Part shown: piece by piece, positions 1 to 9,602 of the stretch
Layout: each line of letters begins with the position of its first letter
Numbering within the stretch: position 1 is the stretch's first letter
Source of the DNA: Pelomyxa schiedti
Taxonomy: Eukaryota > Protista > Evosea
DNA: 32,158 nucleotides
NCBI GenBank assembly: GCA_020536535.1
Contig: JAHLWZ010000994.1
Location: 1 to 32,158, forward strand
Direction: 5' to 3'
Made by a program: the position numbers and the translations under genes
The notes under the pieces: generated by a model
The model's input: the letters and a program-made list of their open reading frames with translations, nothing else
Told to the model about the DNA's origin: nothing
Database searches by the model: none

Positions 1-762
1 ATGAGCAGTTCTCCCACAATTGAGCAATTCCGGTCCACACTGCAATCCTTCGCCGGTATGTGTGACTGTTAATGGCTCTTTTTTTTTTGTTTTTTCCAAA
101 CTTGTAGTGTGGTCAACTTGTTATCTTTTTTTATTATTTTTCTCCCATAGTGTAGATGACAGAGACTGGGAGAAGTACCACACCCCTAGGAATTTGGTTC
201 TTGCTATGGTACCACTTTTTCATTAGTATTGCCCTTTTTGTTTAGGATTAATCCGGATGTACACCACAAAACTTGTATGAGTGTAGGTTGGTGAAGTTGG
301 CGAGCTTGCTGAATGCTTTCAGTGGCGTGATGACATGACTGTTGGATTACCAAGAAAGCCTCTCCCTTTTAATGCAATATTAACGGAACCACAACCACAT
401 AAAATAAATCAGCACACCATTTTCCGAATAGCTTCTGCAACGCTTCTTGCATCACCCGCTTTTACTGAGTTTGCATTCTGTATCTAATAATGCTGTCCTC
501 AAATAGATTGCACACCGGAAGAGAAGGAACACATAGGTGAAGAGATAAGTGATATCTTCCTCTATCTGGTTCGGCTTGCTGACAAGTGCGGCATTGATCT
601 ACCAGCAGCGGCAGAAAGAAAGGTATTCCTGTTATACTTCAACTGAGAGCACCCACTCATTTGCCTTCTTTCCAGATTCGCCTCAATGGAATAAAGTATC
701 CAGCTGATGAAGTGAGAGGATCGAGAAAAAAGTACACGGAATATCACTCACACAAATCATAA
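1..762 (+). CDS. DCTPP1: dCTP pyrophosphatase 1-like (MazG-like all-alpha NTP pyrophosphatase), 5 exons
   Basis: Exons ~1-55, 156-208, 287-353, 507-622 and 675-762 splice to MSSSPTIEQFRSTLQSFADDRDWEKYHTPRNLVLAMVGEVGELAECFQWR...EEKEHIGEEISDIFLYLVRLADKCGIDLPAAAERKIRLNGIKYPADEVRGSRKKY. These are the RDWxxFHxPRNL, GEVGEL and EExSD motifs of the DCTPP1 family. The intron 3 donor is atypical. Confidence 0.92.
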
Positions 763-806
763 GAACTAATAACAAACGGGAATTTATTTCCCTATCTTCC
801 AAAATT

Positions 807-3568
807 TTACATTGTGCTACACTTGTCTTTTTGTGGTATTGGTTGTGATGTGGGTTTGGCTGCTTGACAGCGGTTCAGTTCATACAGTACCAATTCCATA
901 AAAGAGTCTGTCTTTGTACTGAGTTTATATTACCAGTCAGAACCGTAGAATGTGTAATAGAAATGAAATTACCGAGTCCGTGAACTTATTTCAATGAAAG
1001 AACAACCAATTGTTTTGGAAAGAGCAATGCCATCGGATCTGGGTACTTGCCGTAAGGGTTCAAGGTCAACCTAAATGTGTGGCTTGGTACTGGAAACCAC
1101 AATATATTTCCACATCCCTATCTACCTTTGTGCCGCAAATTATGAGTGCCGGCCAGTAGGAGGGATAGGAAGAGCACATATCTCGGATTCTTCTAAGCCC
1201 ACCTATGTACTTGGCTAGGTTTTTAAAAGATTGCATGTCTGTTATGCTGTAGAGGAAGACCCAAGCATCAGCTCTGGTAACGTCATATTCTCTAAATGGA
1301 CTTCGAAACCTGTTAGTATTTGAATTCTCTCACAAGTGTAACCTGATCGCAAACTCGTCAGTTGTATCATAAATTATCCACCTAGTTGAGGGCTTGTCAA
1401 TATCAAAGGACTTAGACTGGATGGACATAACTTGATTGTGGTAGAGTCGGGGCAAGTCATGGAACGACTGAAAGTGTCATCAATGTCACTATCCCAGTTT
1501 TCAACACTGGAAATTTATGAGTACAAGAGCATGCAATCTTTAGAGTACAATTTATCTGTGGCCAATAAAATCGCCAGTGCTGACTACAAGTTATTAGGCA
1601 AGTGGGTGTCCCATGAATTTAGTAGTTCGAACCTTTCCAACACCGCAGCTTCCTACGAATATTTCCTTAGGATTCCAATTACTTAGAAAAAATTGAACTC
1701 ACCTAAGAAACTCACTTTGACACCCTCGGAATAGTTTGCGTCGATCTAAAAGGAATGAGGAAAAATGATTGTGGTTAGACACTGATGTTACTGGTTTTAC
1801 TATCGACTCAGGTTTTCCCTTGATACGGACAGACTCCCTCTTCATTGAAAGCTGATAATATACCTCTTTCCAGAATGAATATCTTCGAGATTTCGTTGCA
1901 CTTTGTTCATAATAATCCATGGTGTCTTCTGAGTGTACCTGTAACTTTAATGAACACCGAGTACATTACAACGATAACTCCCAACCAAAAACGCAACATG
2001 AGGTTTCCATAAATGCGGCTGAATGCCGATTCGCCTCAAGTTTCTTGACACGCGAAGCACTCTCCCAAGGTCACCCGCTCTAGGGCACAGTCAATAATAA
2101 GAAGTGAGGAAGCAATCCCTACCCAAGGTATGATAAAATTTTTGCAAGAATGTCACCAGGAAAATCTATGAAGTCCCCATTTGGTGTGCCAGATTCAACT
2201 CCGCCATAATAGTTTATTTTTAAAAGAGTTGAGGTGCTGGTGGTGGAGTTCAAACTCCCACCAAATATCCAAGCAGTGTTGTTATGCTGAACTGTGGATG
2301 CAAAGGAAATAGGGATATATCTGCTTCCTTCCAACTCGATATGGAACCATAATCTGGTCAATGGGAAATACAAGAATGTAACACCTTTTTTTTAAAAAAA
2401 ACAATGAGAAGAACGAAAATGTGGAGGTTAAAACTTGCTCCAATAAAGCAAATGCAATCGGAAAAAGCAATTGCTGTTACTCCCTCAAGTAAACAGTTTG
2501 TTGGAAGTGGAAGTGCCTCCCAGGACATGTGTTCTGGGTCAAGTGATAAGGAAACTAGTTCTTGTTTTGACCCGGGAGTGGGAACTGGGGCAATTTTAGA
2601 GCTGCAACAACCTCGTAATAAAGGAAACTACAGAAGAGTACAAAGAGTCGGGACATGAAATACGAGGCTGTGAAATTCGGATGAAAATTGCAAATGCCAA
2701 TTGGGTGCAGTTGACACCACTTCATGGTTTCCAAATTGAGTTGGTATAAGTCCGCGCAAGCTCCGGAAGTTGTAAATCCACCATATGTGTACATACATTC
2801 CTGGTGTATTTGTGATTAGGTGCAGAAACAAATCCACAAGTCCCCTTTCTAGAGTGAACACATAAAGGTCAAAAAATGGAACGGGAATCGCCCAAAGAAA
2901 GAAAGAATCAAAGAATAGACAACCAAATGTCGCCAACCAACCTGGTGCACAAAAGCATAGTGCCCTGATAGAACAGGAGGGCTATTCTTTGTCTTAACAC
3001 CACGCCAGACCCCTGTCCCATAATACACCCACACCATCACCCCTCTCTCACTTTCCTCGTCGCTTTTCACAGTCCCAACCAGACTCTCAGCATCAGCTGC
3101 TTGGGGGCGAGGGAAGCCGCCCCAAACGTACAGACGCGAATTATGGGAGACGCAGCTCGAGCCCACCAGGCCCGTGGCCGGGCACCCTGCGCCTCGGTCC
3201 CACCGAGGCACCCACAATTTGGTGGCGAGGGAGCACTCCCACGTCGCCTCCGTGCTTCTGCCCCCAACCTGCGACGCAGTGTCTGCATCTGCTTCCCCCG
3301 ACGTTGCGGGATCCCCTTTGGTTAGCGCCGCGATTGGTCCCCAGGAGGTACTAGGCGTGTCCCACCGGTGGCCCCCGCAGACCACCATGCAGTCAGATTG
3401 GAGGAGACCAGCCACCTAGACCCGTTGGCATGTTGTTCCCATGATGGGGAAATTGGCAACAAACAGTAAGTAACTTACATGAGAGTGACAACGGGGAGGC
3501 GAAAACAACGACCAGGCCAACGACTCCTCGGTCTCGTCGGTTACCCACACCGACCCACAACTGGTCAT
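807..3568 (-). CDS. Kelch-repeat + F-box + divergent Ras-like GTPase + CaaX fusion protein (multi-exon)
   Basis: ATG at 3568 (MTSCGSVW...PPRCHSH|VAGLLQSDCMVVCGG). Kelch blades: RLYVWGG, MYTYGG..DLYQLNLETMKW, TAWIFGG. F-box: FIDFPGDILAKILSYLGAGDLGRVLRVSRNLRRIGIQPHLWK (~2180-2005). Ras-like domain: VKVSFLGSCGVGKS...DAWVFLYSITDMQSF...LIICGTKVDL...FIEISSRT, ending KDKCSTM-stop at 807-809. All junctions I traced are phase-compatible GT-AG. Confidence 0.85.
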
Positions 3569-3618
3569 TATGCGAAAAAATCGACAGAGTAGAAACGGAA
3601 AAACCAAAAAAAACTTTT

Positions 3619-5301
3619 TCAGTAATTGTTCCTCCTTTTCTTTGGTAGTGGTGGGCATGGAGTGGACGGTGTTGAAGCGGCGGTGGATGTGTTTGTGCTC
3701 GATGCTTGTGATACACTTGGGGTATGTTGTGTGGTAGTGGTGGTGGTGGTTGTTGAGCCATGGGAGGCTGAGTGGGGGAAACACATAGATAGAAGCTTGA
3801 GCATTGCCTGCTGATTACCGGCCAGGGCGGCCTTCTCCCAAAGTGCACGTGCTTTGTCCATATCTTTAGGTACATATATTCCGAGTTCAAACAGAAGCCC
3901 AAGCCTGAGGATGGAGTCTGAATTGCCGCTATTAATGACTTGGTCATAGAGGAAGTTGGCTAGGCTCAGGTTTTTCTCTACACCCAGGCCGGATTCATAG
4001 CACAAAGCCATAGTAACTTTTGCGTCTGGGTTGTCAGCATCCACAGCCTTCTTCAGAATAGCTATTGCTTTGTTTATGTCACGAGTTACGTTGGGAGCAC
4101 CCATTAAGAGACGCAGGCCCATTTTAGCCATCGCATCATCATTACCCTCGTTGCATGCCCTTTGGAGGAGTGACAAAGATTTGTTCATATCCGCTGGAAC
4201 TCCAATGCCAGTCTGATAGTAGTCACTCAGGGTAACCATGGCATCAGTATCTCCCACCTCAACGGCCTTGTTCAGGAAAAAAGCTGATTGATTGTAATCT
4301 TTTTCAACTCCTGTACCAGCCCTATAGTATCGAGCAAGCCGACGCATTGCAGGCGCGTAACCGCAGTTTGAAGCTCTGAGTAATAACGACACTGCTTTTG
4401 TTGGATTGGTTGGAACTCCGTCGCCGGTCATATAGTGCTCCCCAAGCTGATCCAATGCTTTTACACTCCCTGCTTCTGCAGACCTCTCATAAAGCTCGAT
4501 TGCCTTTGCAACATCTTTGTCAATTCCTTCTCCTTCCTCATAGCAAAGGGCCATATTCCACATTGCATCTGCATTGCCTGCTGCAACGGCCTTTCGCAGG
4601 AGTGCAAAACCTTTGACAAGATCCTTGGGTACTCCTTCGCCGCGCAGATAATATTTACTGAGATAGAGCTCAGAACGCCACCCAATTTCTGGGTCCCAAT
4701 ATTTTGTAACAGCAGCTCTCTGGAATAAATCAATTTCCTTTGCTACATCACGTGCAACTCCTTGGCAAGTTGCATAAATCACCCCAAGGTTAAGCATTGC
4801 AGCAGCATCTCCCATATCGATAGCTTTCTGCAGTAAGGCAACCGCTCTGCCCGAATTGAAACCAACGCCTTCACCACGCAAATAGCACATTCCCAACACC
4901 TGCAGTGCTTTGCTATCTCCAGCATCCGCAGCCCTCTGAAGATAAGGAATCGCGCTGGCCGGATCTGCCCGCACCCCTTTGCCATGAAGAAAGCATTCAG
5001 CAAGAGCCACCATTGCCTTTGCGTTTCCAGCGTCCGCTGCCTGGCGGTAATACTGCAAGGCCATGGCAGGATTCGAGGCAGTTCCGGCGCCTTCCATGTA
5101 CGCGCGCCCGAGCTCATACATCATTCCTGGGTCACCATTGGCCGCTGCAATGTGATACATGGCGAGTCCCAGGGGCTCGTTCGTGCCAATCTCCATCGTC
5201 AGGTTCAAGTTGACATCCTGGCCAGTCTCCTCACATTGCCTGAAAAGTCCCTGTATTTGACGCTCAGCTTGCTGAGCAAGTTCCTGCATGTGTGCCTGCA
5301 T
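3619..5301 (-). CDS. Sel1-like repeat (SLR) protein, about 12 repeats, with Thr/Ser-rich tail
   Basis: Uninterrupted 560-aa ORF with ~36-aa repeats of the form AMxxLGxxYxxGxGVxxDxxKAxxLxxKAAxAG. An acceptor-like 'cacag' just upstream of the ATG means an additional 5' exon is possible. Confidence 0.93.
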   Translation of the reverse strand: MQAHMQELAQQAERQIQGLFRQCEETGQDVNLNLTMEIGTNEPLGLAMYHIAAANGDPGMMYELGRAYMEGAGTASNPAMALQYYRQAADAGNAKAMVALAECFLHGKGVRADPASAIPYLQRAADAGDSKALQVLGMCYLRGEGVGFNSGRAVALLQKAIDMGDAAAMLNLGVIYATCQGVARDVAKEIDLFQRAAVTKYWDPEIGWRSELYLSKYYLRGEGVPKDLVKGFALLRKAVAAGNADAMWNMALCYEEGEGIDKDVAKAIELYERSAEAGSVKALDQLGEHYMTGDGVPTNPTKAVSLLLRASNCGYAPAMRRLARYYRAGTGVEKDYNQSAFFLNKAVEVGDTDAMVTLSDYYQTGIGVPADMNKSLSLLQRACNEGNDDAMAKMGLRLLMGAPNVTRDINKAIAILKKAVDADNPDAKVTMALCYESGLGVEKNLSLANFLYDQVINSGNSDSILRLGLLFELGIYVPKDMDKARALWEKAALAGNQQAMLKLLSMCFPHSASHGSTTTTTTTTQHTPSVSQASSTNTSTAASTPSTPCPPLPKKRRNNY

Positions 5302-5956
5302 GTACGCCTGTGCACGGTAAGAAAGAAATAGAGCAATTTAATTAACAAGGCATATGTCGCCGTTACTAGTAGCACTTATATTAAAATTATTGATACAAAG
5401 CATTGTTAACGGCAAACCCTAGATCGTAGTCTCGCTGCGGAATTATGCTACAATGTATAAATGTGTGCTAACGCTGTAAAAGCAATTAGAAAATAAAAAC
5501 GGTCACGAAGAAACTACCTGCAGTGGTCGTCCTCGACAATTTATTAATTTATTTGATCTTTGTTGAGTATTTAAGCCCGAAAAACGTTGGTACATTATGT
5601 GGTCAGGTCACCGCATCATTTAGTTTTGGCCCTTCTTCCAAGAACAATAATCGGACAAGAGACAGCTTGAGACCAGAAGCACCGCATTCTGGAGAAAACA
5701 ATTCTCATGAACGCTGGCTACTATTGGTGCTTCTTCAGTGTCAAAGGATTGTGGATTTGCAAGGTGAGTCGGTCTGAGAAAAAGGACTCACCCCGACCAG
5801 GGTTAGTGCACCATTGTCAGATTCAGTGGCCATGTGTGTCAATAGCAAAAGCCCGGTTTGAGGGCTGTTAGGCCATGCTTGGCCAAATGAACACTTTTTT
5901 TTGACTCAAAAAAAATGTTGGGTTGTAGGATTGGAGATTCATGCTTTATACAACTT

Positions 5957-6760
5957 TTATGATAGAATACCATGCAATTCATGGTTTTTGAGAATCACAG
6001 CAATACTCAGTGTCACACCCCCAGTGGAGACTGTGTGAAGTTGTGACCGGTCAAGAGGTGATGTTACAACATTGTCATTGGTGAGTTGAACAGCTCCTCC
6101 AACAAAATATGCTATTTGAAATAAACAAAGGGAAAAGAGTGGTGGAGTTACATGTTAGCTCTTCAAACCAGGTCCCTTTTGGTCTCCAAGTAGGGCATGT
6201 GATTGTATGGTACCCAGGGGAACACGGCAGATGCACAAACCCATAGCCACCTAGAGAAATACATATAAATTAGCAGAGTTCCCCACAAATTACTGGCATA
6301 CACAGTTGATTTGTTGCAAATTCATCATGGTGGAACACAGTCAGTTTAATCTTTGGCCAGTGTGCTACAGACTGAGTCCTAAAGTGTAGGTCCAATGGGT
6401 GATCCCATGTGCTCATATCACTATCCTTGTTAGTGGATGTGGTCAAAATAGAGTGTGTCAAATTCCTTACTTATTTACTTTTCATTCCCATAATTTAGTA
6501 CCAACATCATGTCAATCGATTTGACCAACACAACGACAGCAGCCTCCCCACAATTCATTTCTCCTTGTTTTGGTTTTGGGTCGCACACTTACCACAGGAA
6601 CATCGACGTGGGTTTGGCCAACAGGGGTGCCCTCAATGAGAACCCATCCGGCCCCAGGGTCGTGCTCGACTTCGAATTTACAAAACAGCCCACTGCCGCC
6701 GCCCTCCACGCCTCCGAAGCCACGGCCCCCGACTATCTGCCCTATGAAGTGCACGTCCAT
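5957..6760 (-). CDS. B9D2: B9 domain-containing protein 2 (MKS ciliary transition-zone complex)
   Basis: Spliced product: [15 protein letters not shown]...LFCKF...GQTHVDVP|...[20 protein letters not shown]...|[31 protein letters not shown]|..FVGGAVQL...[29 protein letters not shown]. This is collinear with B9D2. Confidence 0.92.
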
Positions 6761-6952
6761 GCTCCCCCCACCCCTCGTGTTATTCTCTCTATGTAATTAT
6801 GGGACAAATACACGCCCAGCACCAACGATACGTCTCGTGTTGGTTTGTTGCTTGTCTGATTACGTGAAAAACAAAAACCTCTTTTTTTTTTCCAAGCGAT
6901 AATATACGATCTGGTAGTGAGAGCCATCGGCGGGGTGTTTGCGCGCAGGAAA

Positions 6953-7714
6953 ATGAGCCGAAGCACAAGCACAACTACAAGCACGCACCGACACCACCAC
7001 CACGACACCACGTCACCCTCAACAACTGCCTCCACTTCCACACCCACATCCACTTCTACCTCAGCGTCCTCACCCTCACCCTCGGCATCGGCGACAACAA
7101 CAACAACTACTAGTAGTACTAGCACTAGTGCAACATCAAGTAGTAGTTCAGCAGGGGGGAAGTACAGGGGGCAGGGAGGCGGGGGCGTGGGCGTGTCGTC
7201 AGGGGGCGGGAGAAGGCACCCCACCACGAGGAAGCTGGTGCGCGACAAGGTGTTCATGGTCACGTCGCCCGCGCTCAGGAGGCTGGCCAGGAAGGCCGGG
7301 ATAACGAGGATGGCCGACGACGCCATTTGGGTAAGTTAGTTCTCATGCTCACGCAAATGCCCGATTGTTATAATTGCGTTAATCTGTCATTGCAAATTGA
7401 CACCCACCAACCCCTCTGTCTATATATATACATGGCATTTTGGCCTCATGCATGACAGAATAAACAATTAAACGTATAAATGGTGGTTGAATAGAAGACT
7501 GACTAAAGTGAAAATTAGATGGCTGGGTAAAAGTGTTCACTCCTCTTATTGATTTCGATAGGTAACAAGAGGTGCCCTGTTTACGTTTGTCACGCATGTC
7601 ACTCGCGATGCTCTGGCCTACTGTGACTTCGCTCAACGCAAGACTGTTATGGTCAGTGATGTCCTCTACGCCCTCAAACGGCAAGGCCAGACTGTATATG
7701 GCTTTGGCCTCTAA
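6953..7714 (+). CDS. Divergent histone H4 variant with long Ser/Thr/His-rich N-terminal extension (2 exons, ~176 aa)
   Basis: Exon 1 is 6953-7330, the GTAAGT..AG intron is 7331-7561, and exon 2 is 7562-7714. The core [34 protein letters not shown]|[50 protein letters not shown] aligns without gaps to the H4 histone fold. Confidence 0.9.
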
Positions 7715-7997
7715 GCAGGGACACCTATACCCCATAGCCATATAAAACCCGCTGCTGATGTCATGGCCAACTTTGGCACCCCTCTTGCTTTCTTGAAGGC
7801 ACTGATTGTAATATGATGCATGGAATCGGTTCTGGCAGGCATCCTCCTGCCCATGTTTGTGTCAATCAAAGAACTCCAAAGATACCCACCCATATCTTTT
7901 GTATAGAGACAAGAATTCAAAAAAACAACAAAAAAAGAACTCTTTTTGGATTTAAACAAAGGGTGTATGTTGGTGTTGTGCAATTCAAATACAAGTG

Positions 7998-9469
7998 TCA
8001 TGATTGGTCCCCTGTTTCTGTGGGGGGAGCTTGATTGGGGTTAAAGTGCTCACTTTCACGGAATGCTGAGAAAAGTGAGAACAGGATGTGCAGTGATTCA
8101 ACAAGGTTGTCATATACAGGTATATCCAAAATAGCGCACAAGATTTTCACATAGTCCTTGAGTTCAATGTCAAGGGAGCCATTGGGTATTGTAATCTGTT
8201 TGATTAGTTTAGACATAACTACATCCTTTTTTTACAGAATTATTGAGAAGAGGAATTTTAACCTTCTCAAGGAGTTCCTCTACTTCAGGAGGCCATTCTT
8301 GCATCAAAGACTCAATGGAAGGCATTGGATGAGAGAGATTGGCTTGTGGTGAGGGATGTTCTGCATGTAGTTTGGCTATTTTTTCGATCCATCCAGTGAT
8401 TTCCTTTGGCTTTTTCTCGGCATTTTCTATTCCCCGGATTTCCATGGTGGGCAAGCCTGTTTTCTTTGAGGCCATTCGCAAGGCCATTTCCAGAACTTGT
8501 TTAACGGGGTTGGTAACTAGTACCAGTAAAGAAGGTGAGAAAACCTGTTGTATCAGACTGTTTTCCGGGTTCATCTAGGGTAGTTATCCCTAAAACATCA
8601 CTTGCATCACCTAATATTTCTTCGTTGGAGAAGTCCTTTTCTTGCCCAGGTGGGGGGGGAGGTAATGGAACCTTTAAGACTTTCAGGAGTTTAAAAAGAA
8701 AAATAATAAGGTACCTTGATGAAGGCATCTACTTCCCCTACTGCTGGAATGTAATCGGGGATAAATGGTTTAAATGTTGTCTCCAGTTGGAATTTTGGCA
8801 GATTGTAGCTGTCAATGAACTGAAAAATACTTGCAACCTCAGCTGAAACATTGAGTTTTTGGTAGGCTTCTTTGTTGTACACCCTATTTTGCAATAAGGC
8901 GCAAACTAAGTCACCCAGTGTAAATGCCTTGGTTTTGGTGCTGGCTGTTGCTCTTCTTCACTCTCATGTTCAGGATATCCATCATAGCCCCTGCAAGGGG
9001 GGGAAAAGAATCACTGTCAGACCTGTTTAAACATATAAGAAAAACACACTCATCACTATCAGCAGCTCCTCCAAATCCCACCTACAATTGGGGAATTATG
9101 AATTGTTTCACACCAAGCAAAAAAAAAAAAAAAAACACAACAAAGCAAGTGACAGGACTATTTTAAGTACTTCAAATTAAAAAACGACACATAGCCACAA
9201 GTAAAGGGAGGGTGATTGTTTTGCCCAACCGGTTTTGTCAGAGGGTCCTCATCACTCCCTCCCTCGGGTGCATTTCGTGGAGTCGTCTCTCGTGCAGTTG
9301 CTCCCCCTCCCCCTGCATTCTCTTCCTCGTAATTTTCGTCTCCTTCACTGCATGCAAATGGTAGAAGAAGCAAAAAAGAAAAAAGGGAACAGACGGGTCA
9401 GCCACCAGTGTGGAAGAAAATGTGTCAAAAAGAAAAGAAAACAAACCCAGGGAGTGGGTCATTTTCCAT
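7998..9469 (-). CDS. IFT46: Intraflagellar transport protein 46 (IFT-B)
   Basis: Acidic N-terminus (MENDPLPG|EGDENYEEE), then YNKEAYQKLNVSAEVASIFQFIDSY...KPFIPDYIPAVGEVDAFIKVP, LGITTLDEP..QSD, MPSIESLMQEWPPEVEELL and LCAILDIPVYDNLVESLHILFSLFSAF. The start codon is inferred. Confidence 0.92.
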
Positions 9470-9602
9470 CTCGGAGCAGTCTCACCCTCTTTGTCACTGA
9501 AACAACCAACGAATCTCAATCAAAACACGAAGTACGGAAAAAAACAACGCCAGCGAAATCAATCTCTTAGGCGTAACTTGGTTTTTTATGGTGTTTTTTC
9601 CT

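Noticed and set aside
371-477. Possible intronic box C/D snoRNA in DCTPP1 intron 3 (aatgcaa...ttgcatt terminal stem, CTGA near the 3' end)
   Set aside because: There is no RUGAUGA box C after the 5' stem, and a 7-bp AT-rich inverted repeat can arise by chance.
2360-2700. Possible GC donors in the Kelch gene
   Set aside because: Phase-compatible GT donors exist at both junctions.
6742-7326. 194-aa Val-rich antisense ORF
   Set aside because: It is the shadow of the Thr/Ser low-complexity H4 exon on the opposite strand.
7715-7800. Histone 3' stem-loop
   Set aside because: No GGYYYTTYTxARRRCC-type hairpin is visible downstream of the stop.
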